Source of the DNA: Raja brachyura
Taxonomy: Eukaryota
Length of the DNA stretch: 64,000 nucleotides
Reading direction: 5' to 3'
Assembly (NCBI GenBank): GCA_963514005.1
Contig: OY740786.1
Span: forward strand, 68,262,001 to 68,326,000
The stretch's first letter is position 1. Every line of letters begins with the position of its first letter. Made by a program: the position numbers and the translations under genes. Below, in pieces: positions 36,901-49,520 of the stretch. The notes under the pieces are model-generated. The model ran no database searches and was not told the origin of the DNA. It saw only the letters and a list, made by a program, of their open reading frames with translations.

Positions 36901-39499
36901 CCTCATCAAAGAATAGATTTTCCTCTGTTAGTTTTGGCTTTTGCTTGTTCCTTGTATTCTCAGGAAGATCTGGAACTCCTTCAAATTCCTCCATGCTTCT
37001 TGTGAGTTTGATGTTATTTTTTTGCACTGTTTTACTTTTCTTGTACAATCTACTGTTGGAAGACTCTGCATGCAACTGGTCAACCTGCTGACTCTTTGTA
37101 TTTAACTTCTCTGATTTTAAATTGGATTGCAGTTCAGATACTGTAGTTTGTAGGTGAACTTTCTCTTGGACAAGTATCTCAACTATTTCTTTAAGATTTG
37201 TATTTTCCGCAACCATTTCTGATAACACACCTTGTAGATGTTCAATATGTTTGATATATATCTTCCACTGCCAGTTTAATTTGACTTCTTTTTCACTAAA
37301 TTGTACCTGTTCCTCTCTGAGAATATTTTTTAAAGCAGCAAGTTGGACACCCAATACTTCATTACGTCCCAGAGTCCAATTAATTGTATTTTCAAGTTCC
37401 AGATTATTACTCAAAAGTTCTATTATTAATTTTTGCAATTTTTTATTTTCAGAATAAGCTGTGTGTTGTTGACCCTTGATTTGAGCTTCAATTTCATTTG
37501 TGAAGGATATTTCATTGACTAGGTTTTTATCAAGTTCAGATATCTTTTGTTGCAGGGGTGCTTTCTCATATTCTTGGTTCTCAAGTGAATATTTATGCTC
37601 CTTCAGCTGCTGAACAATTTCTTGAAGGGTGCCCACTTCTGAATTTAACAAGCCATCCTTATGTAACTGCATCTTAAGCTCAAGATCAAAAATTGAAGCC
37701 TGAAGATGTCTGGTTTCGATCCCAATTTTCTCAATGGAGACCACAATGTCTTTGCTAATCTTTATAACTTTAAGGATCATATGAAAAAGAGAGCTTTCTG
37801 TGGAGGCTGTTAACCTTGTAAATGGTGATTCTAACATGGTCTCGAGCTCTGAAATACTGACCATTCCATCTTGATAATGTTTCTTGTCCTGACAGATCAC
37901 TGGACTACATTGGTTTTGTGCTTCTCTGATGCCTGACATATAAATGTTGTCTTGCAATTCCAAAACATTTAAGCTAAACTGATGGCTATTATTTTGTAGT
38001 TCAGTTACTAACTGGTGAAGAGAAGTGATTCTTCTCTGTAGTTTCAAAATGTTACCTCGAGACTCCAAAATATGTTCCTGCTGTTCAGAGATGGTTACCT
38101 GAAGTTTCTCCTTGATTGCAGCAGTGATGGCTAATATATCTATCACTGTCTGCAGCTCTGCTTCAAACTGGTATTTATTCCCACTCACTTCTGCAATTGT
38201 AGTTTGGGGTCTTGTATATCCGTGTAACTCTACTGCAGTTTTCTGACGATGATTTATATTTTGCTGCACTTGCAAAAGATATTCTTCCAAAGAGTTATTT
38301 TTCTCTGCAAGTACGATGATTTTGACGTTTAATTCTGCATTCCTTCCAAGGAGTTCTTGGGCAAGACATCGTAGCCGTTTGTTTTGTAAGTCAGCACCCT
38401 CTAACATTAATGCTTTACTTTGTAGTTCTGAAATCATTGTTAACAGTTTGTTTTTATAGCTTTGAAGGCCACAATAATTTTTTTGTAGATTAATATTTTC
38501 ACCTTCAAGCTTGATGATAGCGTTTGTATATTCACTACTTTTGTCCTGAAGATCGAATATCTTGTATTGGAGCTTTTGACTGTCAAATTTACTAGCCTCA
38601 AGCTGAAAAACCTTTGCATTTAATGTTGATAGGGAGCTTTCAAGCCAGCTCTTATTTTTGCAAAGCTCTGACATTTTGTCCTGCAGCTTCCAGTTCTCAT
38701 GCCGCAGGTTTAAGTAATTTTCTGTCATATGTTGCAGCTCTGAAAATGCACCACATTGCACATTGTGGGGAATAGCTGCCTGCAGTTTGGCAATATTTCT
38801 TTGTAGGCCTGATGCCAAATCCTCAAATTGGCATTTTTTCTCATAAAGTTCTGAGATGATGGTTTGCACTTTTTTATTTCCTTGCTGTAATTTTTCAACA
38901 ACAGCCTGAAACTGACCAATATGTTCCTGTATTTGTGAATGTAATGTTCCTTGGCAGCTTTGTTTTTTATCTAAGTCCATGATCATAGTTTTCAGCTGAT
39001 TATTTTGTTCATATAGTTTTAAGATCCTGAGATGAAGTTCCTCATCTTCAGTTCCTGCCTTTTCACAAAGCTTGTCCCTCACAGATTCATCAGCGGGCCG
39101 AACATTGCCCTGCGGTTCCATAATAATAGAGTTAATTTGCAAATGCAATTCAGAAATCATGGAATGTAGTTTGCTGTTTTCTTCTTTTATCTCATCTATT
39201 GCAGTTTTTATATTGATAATTGATTCCTGCACTTTGGCCACTTGGCTCCAATTCTTGTAATTCTTTTCAGTCAGATCTGCAACCGTAGATTGCAATTTTG
39301 CAATCTTTTCTTGAAACTGCAGATGCTGCACATTCTTAGAATTGCAATTGTGCAGTTCAGCATCTCTATCCACATTCGTTGGAGAAAACTGATCCTTTAC
39401 ACACTGAAACTCTTCAACAGCTGTCTGCAAGTGTTCACTTTTCCGGTGTACTTCAGATATTTCTGCCTGCATTGTGTTTGTCCTCAGATGATCTTGGAG
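33903..39499 (-). CDS. Giant 5,597-nt coding exon of a large coiled-coil protein (possible CEP85-family gene)
   Basis: Over 1,860 codons open and TE-free in a TE-dense region; L/E/Q/K/N-rich heptad-like sequence. TCCATTTAG acceptor at 39500, AG|GTAGAA donor at 33902, phase 0 in and phase 2 out. Confidence 0.88.
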
Positions 39500-41734
39500 C
39501 TAAATGGACAATAATATAAAATAACAAGGTTTGTGAATAAGATGGCACACAGAATAACATTCACATTGATGACTCCTAAGTAATCAAGGCCATCCTCTTC
39601 GGCATGCTTTGTGGCACCAATAGTTACATTAACAATAACTGGGATTTAGACACAAAGTGCTGGAATAATTCAGTGAGTGAGGCAGCATCTCTGGAGAGCA
39701 TGGGTAGGTGACGTTTTGGGTTGGCACCCTTCTTCAGACAGATTATGGGAAAGGGGAGGAGATGGAGGGAGAAGAAAGCCAGGAAAGAGGAGAGGCAGGA
39801 CAAAGCACGGCAGGTGATAGGTGAAAGCAGGCAAGGGGGGTTTTGATAGGCAGATGAACGGAACAAAGACCAGATATTAAAACAGGTGTGAGACAAAAAC
39901 GATTGATGACTTGTGAATTATAAAGCCAGAGGAAGGAATGTGGGTGGAGGGGCAGTGGTGAAATAAGTGCGAGTTCAGGTGGGGCATGGGGGGAGGTGTA
40001 TGTGTGTGTGTTTGGGGGGGGGGGGGGGGGGGAGGTAGAGGGAAGGAAAGGGTAGAGGTTGTTAGAGGTTAACCAGCATCTGCAGTTTCTTGTTTCTACA
40101 AGAATTGGAATTTACCTGACTTCCATCCTCACCCCTTCCTGAGCCCCGAATCTCCTTTTGTTTATGTGTTTTATCACTTTACTAGTCCAGTTTTAGTCAA
40201 TCTGAAACTTCAATTGTGCCCGTTATATCCACAAGTTCCGTTTAAGTTCCACAAAACTGTTGAGTTTTTCCAGCAATTTCCAAATTTCTCCAGAAACTAC
40301 AGTTTTTTATTTTACTTCTAAATTCTTCAATGACCCAAACTTATAAGAGACTTAAGGGACCTGCTTGCCATGATTATTTCCTGCTGACCAAATTATTTCA
40401 TGAATTGCATTTAAATTCTACAGCTGCTGAGATGGATTTGAATTTGGCATCTGGATTGTTCACCCAGGCTTTTGACTATTAGTCCAGTAATTTAGCTATT
40501 ATGCTACCATTCTCATGTTTATTATTTTACTTCCACCCTTTAATAAACGTGGTTTTGAAAATCCAATGTTCCAATTTGACAATTTCTTGCCAAACCTGGC
40601 AGACTTGAATTGTGATGGTGGAAACCTACGCTATCTATAAATGACTTCAATCAGCTGACACATAGGATCCAGGCTGCTATCATCAGATCATTAAATCCTT
40701 CCCTACATTCCATGTGAGCCATCAAATTCTTGGCTATAAACAAGTGCTGAGCTGGAATAGAATTTTAAATGGTCATAATTTCTTGATCCGGCCGTTTAAA
40801 TCCAAATAGCATTCAGTCCAGCAGGCTGCCTCGTGTTCATGCTGGAGGAACACAGCAGGTCAGGCAGCATCTGTGGAGGGAACGGACAGACAGTTTTCAG
40901 GTCGAGACACTAACTCCACAGACTCTGCATGACTGGCTGAGTTCCTACCAGCACTTTGTGTTTTGCTCAAGATTCCAGTACCTGCAGTTCCTTGTATTTT
41001 GATTGTGTTCAGTATACTCAGTTCAAATAAAAACTTGCTAACCAACATGAACCAAAGTAGACTCAACCATCAGTGAGTGATTTATGAGTGCTTGATTGAC
41101 GTAGGTGTGCTCATAATGTGAAGAAAGGATTTACAGAGTTTGTTGCAGCTGCTAGAAAGCACTTTCCAAAAGCACCATTAACTATTTAAAAGGTAGAGAG
41201 GAATGCTGGAGAAACTCAGCGGGTGAGGCAGCATCTATGGAGCGAAGGAATAGGCGTCGTTGCGGGTCGAGATCCTTCTTCTGATGTCGGGGGGGGGGGG
41301 GGGAGGGGGGGAAAGGAAGGGAAGAGGCGGAAAAAGTAGGCTTGTGGGAGAGCTGGGAAGGGGAGGGGAAGCAGGAAGAAAGCAAGGACTACCTGAAATT
41401 GGAGAATATCATTGGGGCTGTCAAGTGTCAAGTGGGCACCTCCCTTCACTGGTGTTTCATTGAATTAGGCTCACAACACCTCGAGTAGGCTTAACAGTTA
41501 GTTCTGGCATCCCAGAACCATCCCCCCTCAATACCTGCTCTCACCACCTATGCTACCAGTATGCAGTAAGTCAGTAACCCAGTAAGCAGCTAACTATGTA
41601 AATTTCTACTAAGTGACATTAAGTCTATAGTTTTCAAATCTTGAATATACTCCCAGTGCTCTATTCTGTCCCAGTTTTACTAGTTGACCCGTTTTGAAAT
41701 GTCTTTGAATATATGTATTTGGCCCCTTACTCAC

Positions 41735-41822
41735 CAATGGTGTGTTGGTTCTCTGCAGTGTATTATACAGTTGAACGTCATGTTCCTGGGCTTTCCATTG
41801 TTGCCTCTGCTCATGCTTCTGC
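41735..41822 (-). CDS. Exon of the coiled-coil gene (R|QKHEQRQQWKAQEHDVQLYNTLQRTNTPL)
   Basis: TTCTTACTGTTTAG acceptor, TTG|GTGAGT donor; phase 2 in and phase 0 out links the neighbouring exons exactly. Confidence 0.8.
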
Positions 41823-44170
41823 CTAAACAGTAAGAACATTCCATTTCTGATGAAAGGTCATTGATCTGAAATGCTTATTCCATTTCTCTCTCCATGAATG
41901 CTGCCTAACCTATAGAGTATTTTCAGTATTTTGTGTTTTTATTTCAGACTTCCAACATGGAGCAGATTATCACTTTTAGAAGAAAAGTTCACATATGTCT
42001 TAATTAAATCTATTATACTTATTTAAGGTAGTGCATTGATTATACCCACATCAGAAATAGCAAGTAAGACGACTGATCTTCTCCCTTAGAATTTGGTTGA
42101 TGGGATAGGTATTATGTGGATTTGTTTTTCTGGATGGTGCTAAGCTTCTTCAGAGTTGATAAAACAACATCAATCCAGACAAACGGAAAGTATTCCTTTG
42201 CAATCTAGATTTGTGTCTTAAAGATGGTGGTAGGGCACTGTGGCGTTAGGAAGTGTGTATCCTCTGGCCTGCCCTTCTAGCCACCAAATATATAGGGATG
42301 GTGCACTTAAGTTTCTGTTCAATGTTAAGCTAATATATTGAGGAAGGGAAACCTAGTGATTTATAATGTAATCAAAAATCTACAGATGCTAGACGTCAAA
42401 AATAAAAATAGAATGTTGAAAATACTTAGCACGTTAGGCTGCATATGTGGGAAGAGAAACATCCTCAACCTGAAATGTTAACTCTGTTTCTCTTCCCACA
42501 GATGCAACCTCACCTGTCAAATATTTCCAGCATTTTCAGTTTTTATTGACAATGAAAATGCCATTTAAGTCCAGGGAAGGTGGTTCGGCTTTCTCTTGTT
42601 AGAGATCATCTTTGGTTAGCACTTTTGTGGCACAAATGGTACTTGCTGCTTCTCAGCCTATGACTGTATTTTGTTTTGGTCTTGCAGCATAAGGCACAGA
42701 CTGCTTCATTTGGTGAGGAGTTGTGAATGGAATAGAACCGAGTAATAATCCACAAATATCCATCTTTCTCACCTCTTATTTGGCTGTTGGATTACTTCTC
42801 TTTGATGTAAAGGACCCGGAATTAAAGTTCCTTTTGTGGACTTTGATGCAAAATTCAAGATGTTATTTAGATTCTGTCCCTAAAGGTGAAAGTGCCATTT
42901 TTTCAACACGATGTTAAACTATCATTATTCAGAGATATGCAATCTGGGTCCCCCAACAGCCTGCCAATATTTATACTTCAAACAACATCATCCAAAAACA
43001 AATTACTTTTTAATCTATATTCACTTAGGTGGCACAATGGTGCAGCGGTAGAGTTGCTGTCTTACTATTTCCTATTTCCACGCTGCAGCTCTAAAACTAA
43101 AACAATTGTGATTAACAGGACAACTTCACTTTTTACAGTCAAATTTCCAACCAGAATTAGCATCCTGATATAAAGATTTAATTGATCCTCATTCCGATGA
43201 TATGTTCATGATTAATGAAGTTTTGCGACCCGGTAAAGGGATATGGGTTCTCTGTATTCAACATCTTTAACAACAGATGTTTATTCAACCTGAATAAACA
43301 ACCTTAAACAACCAGATGTTTATTTTTTTGGTTGTTATGCTTGAATTGGTGTCCATTTAAAAAAAAAAAACATGTCCTGCTATTAGCATTGGTAAACTGA
43401 GGATTGGAAACAGGGAAGGTTCATTATCATTAAGTTAAAATACATTTGCCTCCATCCCAATCATACTTGACTGATTATACTTGTACTTGGTAAATCCTTG
43501 CATCCTTTTACAAAAGCTGGCTCAATATCTTTACTTTCAACTGTATCTTCGATTTACCATTATAATATCTTTATTTGTATCCATCTATCCCTGAGCTTAG
43601 ATACTGTTTGGAGATATTTGCTGAATGCACAAAGTCCACATAAACATGCGATGATAAATTAGATAATTTGCAAAAGTCTGGAAGTGCTATTTAAGTTCGG
43701 TTTCAAGCCTACCTAGATTGTGTTTATCAAGAGTGTTTATGTAGTGCATTTCATGGTTAAATTGTTTTGCAGTTAGAGGTACATATGAAGTGTTTCCACT
43801 GTTATAGTTTAGTTTAGTTTTAGAGATACAGCATGGAAACAGATCCTTCAGCCCATCGGGTCCATGCCGACCAGTGATCACTCGTGCACCAGTTCTATCC
43901 TACAAACTAGGGACAATTTACAGAAGCCAATTAACCTACCAACCTGCATGTCTTTGGAATATGGGAGGAAACGAGAGCACCCAGAGAAAACCCACGCGGT
44001 CACAAGGAGAACATACAAAATCTTCAGGCAACACCTGCAGTCAGGTATGATCTGGGTCTCTGGTGCTGTAACGCAGCAACTCTATCTTCCATACACTAGT
44101 CACCCATACACTAATTCTATCCTACAAACTAGGGACTACTTACAGAAGCCAATTAACCTATAAACCCACA

Positions 44171-44526
44171 TGTAGGAGCTATTTAGGTTTAGGCTAGCTA
44201 CTGTTGGCATATTATATTATTTTGTCTAGATATTTCTAGCGGTATTATTTTGAACACTTGGGGGCGGGCACTTGATGCATAGTAGGGCGTTACATATAGC
44301 GTAGCCACATGGAGTGACCAGATCAGACCAGGCACGGGAGCAAGAGTACACATTTCTTACCAGATGGGAGAGAACGGAAAGTAACAGCTTGTATGAGAAT
44401 AAGGAGTACCTGGTATGAATCATCTCTTTGTTTGTACAACTACTTCAATAAAGAATCAATTAAACTCGAAATAACGACTGGAAGATCCATTCTTTTCTAA
44501 TCTGCATAAGATCACTTCTACCTACC
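44171..44526 (+). mobile_element. Possible solo LTR next to a SINE
   Basis: Starts TGTAGGAG, has AATAAA at about 44447 and ends in an imperfect inverse (CTTCTACC/CCTACC). No clear TSD. Confidence 0.35.
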
Positions 44527-45336
44527 TGTGTAGTAATGGCAACGGAAAGTTGGACATTGAAAATGAAAGAAATTACCATTACATCTCATGTATTTGGAAT
44601 GTGGGAGAAACCGAAGCACCCAGAGGAAACTCACGAGATCACATCAGATCATACAAACATATGAGGGAGAACATACAAGCTCCATACAGATGGTACCCAA
44701 GAGCAGGATCCAACCCAGGCCTCTGGAGCTGTAAACCAACAACCCTACCACTGTGCCACTGTACCACCCCCATAGTCTTCATATGGGGCAGAATTGGGAA
44801 GCTTTAATTCTTTTGTGGATTTGCTACCATTTTGGACTGTATTTTCTTTATTGTTGGTTTTTCCAATACTTTTAATTGCACAGTTTTTATGTTGTCATTA
44901 CATCCCAAAAGAGTGCCCATTTATGGCTGAGTAGATAAAAAAATAATTTTTACTTTGAGTATAGTCTATTGTCACATGTACCTAGGTACAGTGAAAAGCT
45001 TTTGTTGTGTGCTCACCAGTCAGCGGAAAGACGATACCTGATTATAATTGAGCCATCCACAGTGTACAGATATATTATAAAAGGAATAATGTAATAACGT
45101 TTAGTGTAAGATAAAGCCAGTAATTTGCAAAGTCCTACGGCATGAAACAACTGAATGTATGATTGGTGACGGGAGAAGGTCTTACTGTCTCCCAAATAAA
45201 TCATTTCATGATTGCTTTAAAGCAGAGTGCACTGGCCACTGTTATATAATGTCAGCAATAATATATTCAGAATTTGATACATCTGCCTATGAGGTCAACT
45301 ACATCTGCAGAGTCAAGTATCCAGTTACTGAAATCA

Positions 45337-45812
45337 AGTGAGGGTTTTGCAGGGATGAGTTAACCAGGGAGTTGCAGAGGGAACAGTCTCTGCGGAAGGT
45401 GGAGAGGGGTGGTGATGGGAAGATGTGACTCCATTCCCATCCAAACCACCCCCTCCCATATTTCGCTTGGGCAGCTTACAGCACAGTGGTATGAATATTG
45501 ATTTCTCTAACTTCAAGTAACCCCTGCATTCCCTCGCTCTCCATTCCTCCCCCACCCAAGTCACACCTAGTAAACAATGACCGTTTCCTTTATCATATTT
45601 ACTTTTTTGCATATATTTAATTCATTTGTTCTATATCTCTCTACATCACCGTCTATGTCTCTTGTTTCCCTTTCCCCCGACTCTGAGTCTGAAGGGCCTC
45701 GACCCGAATGTCACCCATTCCTTCTCTCCAGAGATGCTGCCTGTCTCGCTGAGTTACCCCAGCATTTTGTGTTTATCTTCGGTTTAAACCAGCATCTGCA
45801 GTTCCTTCCTAC
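45337..45812. mobile_element. Penelope-like element fragment with an inverted 5' segment
   Basis: Minus strand gives HIFPSPPLSTFRRDCSLCNSLV (PLE linker). Plus strand 45458-45520 gives IFRLGSLQHSGMNIDFSNFK* (GIY-YIG C-terminus), followed by the repeat with a degraded hammerhead core at about 45686-45716. Confidence 0.85.
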
Positions 45813-46314
45813 ACTTAACAACCAGGTTCAGTCGACAACTCTACTGCTGAGCTGCCCCATGTTTTAGAAATGCACTACCAAAATATCCTATGTGTATTAT
45901 TTTTAACGTGTGCAAATTATATATCAAAGAGATATAATTAGTAATCATATTCAAACAGATTAAAAACACAATTTAATTGTGCCCCATTGTAAAGAAGTTG
46001 ATATAAAGTGAATTGAGAATGTTAATAAATTAAGGTGAAATATCTGATTTATGTTATCCCTGTATTTTGTGATATCAATATTAATGCTTTTAAATTTCAA
46101 AGTATTGGACTTTATCAGATTTCAATGTTATATCCTGCACTAAATGTTGTACCCTTTATCCTTTATCTGTGCACTGTGAATGGCTTGATTATATTCATGT
46201 ATAGTCTTTTCTTTGACTGAATAGTACGCATGCAAAAGCTTTTCACTGTAATTTCATACATGTGACAATAATAATAAAACTGAACTAAACTAAACGTAGA
46301 AAAAATGTTCTTAC

Positions 46315-46409
46315 CTATTCAAGAGGATCTTCAGCTCTTGAATTTCAGTCTCATTTTCTTGAAGTAGCTTGATATGCTTGTCACTGTGTTTCCATTGCAC
46401 AGTTTCAAT
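46315..46409 (-). CDS. Exon of the coiled-coil gene (IETVQWKHSDKHIKLLQENETEIQELKILLN-R)
   Basis: TTTCATCACAG acceptor, AG|GTAAG donor; only one frame is open; phase 2 end matches the 41822 exon. Confidence 0.78.
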
Positions 46410-48699
46410 CTGTGATGAAACATATGGTCTAATAAAATTGTTCCTCTTTCATATTCTTTGTCTTTATATTAAGTTCATTGTCCTTATTGTAGCTCACTGA
46501 CCTACATAGGGGTTTTGTTCTGCAAGAATCTGATTTCAATGTAAACATTCATAAAATGTTGGGGTCTTTGGCAAGACTAACATTTAATGCCTCATTGGCA
46601 TTAATCCAAATGGCTTTCAATACCATTTAAAGATGACTGCATTGAAAGTGAATCTTGAATTACCTGTATCTAAAGCCCATAATGTGTTGCAAATTTCCTT
46701 CCCTAAGGAATTTGGTGATCAAATGGGATTTTTCAATAACCCTACTGTTCCCTGGAGACTATTACTGATACCAAGGGCTAGAAATTGCATGACTACATTT
46801 TATTTACATTGAGACAATATGTCACCTTAATGCTTTTGCAAGGATTGCACTAAATCTTCTATCGTGAATGCAGTCTGAAGAATGGTCCTGACCTGAACCG
46901 TGACCTATCCACGTGTAGGAGGGAACTACTGATGCTGATAATACGGAGATAGACACAAAATGCTGGAGTAACTCAGCGGGCCAGGCAGCAACTCAGGAGA
47001 AAAGGGATAGGTGATGTTTTGGGTCGGGACCCTTCTTCAGACTGAAAGGTAGAGGTTGGTGGGGGGGTGGGGGGGGGGGTGCTTTCAGCCTGAAGAAGGA
47101 TCCTGACCCAAAATGTCAGCAATCCATTTTCTCTAGATGCTGCCTGAATCGCTGTGTTCCTCCGGTACGTTGGGTCTTTATTTTCCTATTTGTGTTTTTG
47201 CGGAAATGAAATGAGGGGCTGAGTGGCCTACAAGGACATTGTACATTTTCTGGGTTATTGCTTTTCTTCCTCCTCCCATGGATGGAGCTTAGCCAAAGTG
47301 CGTGGCTGAGAGCAGGTCTGGAAGCTCCAGCTAAGCTGCAAGAGAGCTGGCAGAACAGACGTGACAGGAACTTAATGCCAGCCTTGCTGTCCAATTTTCT
47401 GTCACCCTATTCAAAATTACTGAGGTATGGACAAAATCAGTACATTAGCACAGGGGGTTCTAAATATGATTTCATATATTTAGAGTGATGGCTTGGGAGA
47501 GGTTGATCTCTGGCATTTATATGTATACCTTACTTAGAAACAGAAATGAGAGTGAACACTGACAGTTCCAGGTGTGGAGTCTGCATTCCCATTCAGAAAA
47601 TTTGACCCCAGTCTTACAGAATTTCCCTTACGTTTAAGAAGTGAGCTTCATGGATGTTGATAAAGAAATTCACGGCAACAGGGCACCCTATTCATCAAAG
47701 AACACAGGTTGTAGAGAGATTTGCAAAATAAAACTATCATGATTATCGGATAGACTACCTTAAGCTTTTTTGTATATTATCTTCTGACACAACAATAGCA
47801 GGTAACAAGGAGGAACTACATCAGTATTGCTTTTAGCAGAATATGTGCTGCTAAGCAGTAATGTCAAGGGCAATGTAACTTCAGATGGTAAAGTATAACA
47901 GTAATATTACACTTGTGGATTTTGAAGTATGATGGAAACAGTTTACTGTTCCTGACCAACTGTTGTCTTGAAAGGTTTCATGTCAGAGCAAATGTCTAGT
48001 CTTGCATGCTTCCATCAAAATGTATAAATAGCTTAATCTCTCAGATGTAAATATGTAAGGAATGAGACCATCTGAAAGATGAGAAGATGGTCAGTGCAAG
48101 CACTTAGGAGAAGCACCAAGAGTAAAAATAGAACATGTTTAATTACTCAAACTCCCAAAAAAATGGATAAGCAAAGAATAAATTAGAAGAAAATTCTAAT
48201 TTCAAGTTTTTAATTTCAAGTTTTCTTTCTATTCCAGCCCTTCAGTACGTTACGTGCAAAATCTAAAACTTAAATGGTTGCAGTAATTGTATCAAGATTT
48301 GAACATCTGCCAAGCTTGCTATATTTAACAAAGATGCATCTTAACACATGTTGCCAAATTATACTTTAGTTTCCTTCTGAAAATGGTTCCAGGCCTATTG
48401 CCTTACTTGCAGTTATTGAAAGCTGGAGCTCTCAATCAGTCCTTCAAAAGTTATTTATGTCGGTTACATGGATTATAGAACATTGTCACTGTTTTTTCTT
48501 AAAACTGAGCCTATCATAATCCCTGCACTAAATCTGAATGAAACACATTCTGTTGATTATTTTGAAAGCTTGTCAAAACGATTTGTTTTTCAAAGGAGAA
48601 ATTAAGGAATGTGTGCATACATTTTGTTTAGGCAATGTATGCTCTTTCCCGTTGTGAAACTGGGTTCCTCAAAGTTGATGCTGAACTTGGAAAAGTATA

Positions 48700-49520
48700 A
48701 ATGGTTTAGGTTTATTATTGTTAGGTGGACCATGGTACACTGAAGAGCTTTGTTTTGTTATCCAATCAGATCAGATAATACTTTACATAAATACAAGCAA
48801 GTACAATTGGTCGAGCAAAGGGAAAGATAACCAGTGTGAATATATTTCTCAACATTGCAACATTAGAAGTTAATTGGACAGTACCCGCCTAGCTTATGGA
48901 AGGACCGTTCAGAAGCCTGATAACAAAAGGGAACAAGCTGTTCCTGTGTCTGGTGGTGCACACTTTCAAGCTTCTGTACCTTCTGCCACATTGGAACAGG
49001 GAGTTGAAGGAATGATTGGGGTGGGACCAGTCTTTGATTACGCTGGCTGCTTTTCTGAGGCAGCGTGAAGTGTAGATGGAGTTAATGGTGCGTTGTCTGG
49101 TATGAGTGATGGACTGGGCTACAGTCACAACTCTGTAATTTCTTGGACAGAGCTGTTCCCAAACCAACCTGACAACATGCTATCTATGGTGCATTTGTAG
49201 AAGTTTGTCAGAGTTATTGAAGACATGCCAAATTTCCGCAGTCCTCTAAGGATGTAGAGGCACTGGTCTACCTTATTGGCTGTTGCTTCAATTTAGATGG
49301 CCGACGACAGATTGTGGTAATATTAACGGCAAAACACATGAAATTTTTAATAATTTTCACTCTAGCACCATTGATGATTGGATCCGTCTCATCATTGTTT
49401 ATGATCTTGTCCACCACAGTTGTGTGATCTGCAAACTTGCAGATGGAGTTTGAGGCGTATTTGCACGCACAGTCGTGAGTGTACAGGGAATAGAGTAGGG
49501 GATTACAATGCATCCTTGAG
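48700..49520 (-). repeat. Old Rex1-like LINE fragment
   Basis: PLLYSLYTHDC..KFADHTTVV and IYTSRCLRKAASVIKDWSHP...GRRYRS...NSLFP. Confidence 0.75.

Noticed and set aside
33899-39472. 1857-aa ORF as an intronless gene
   Set aside because: The frame extends upstream of the ATG to a splice acceptor, and the stop lies within a donor site with phase-matched flanking exons.
40013-40035. Poly-G tract / G-quadruplex potential
   Set aside because: Homopolymer within a Penelope-derived repeat; similar tracts recur in other copies.
40116-40176. Alternative phase 2 to 0 exon (SDKTHKQKEIRGSGRGEDGSQ)
   Set aside because: Purine-rich, poor acceptor; exon 41822-41735 fits with much better splice signals.
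48408-48533. Minus-strand segment with good acceptor and GTAAG donor
   Set aside because: Stops in all frames and no usable start codon; cannot be placed in the coding model.
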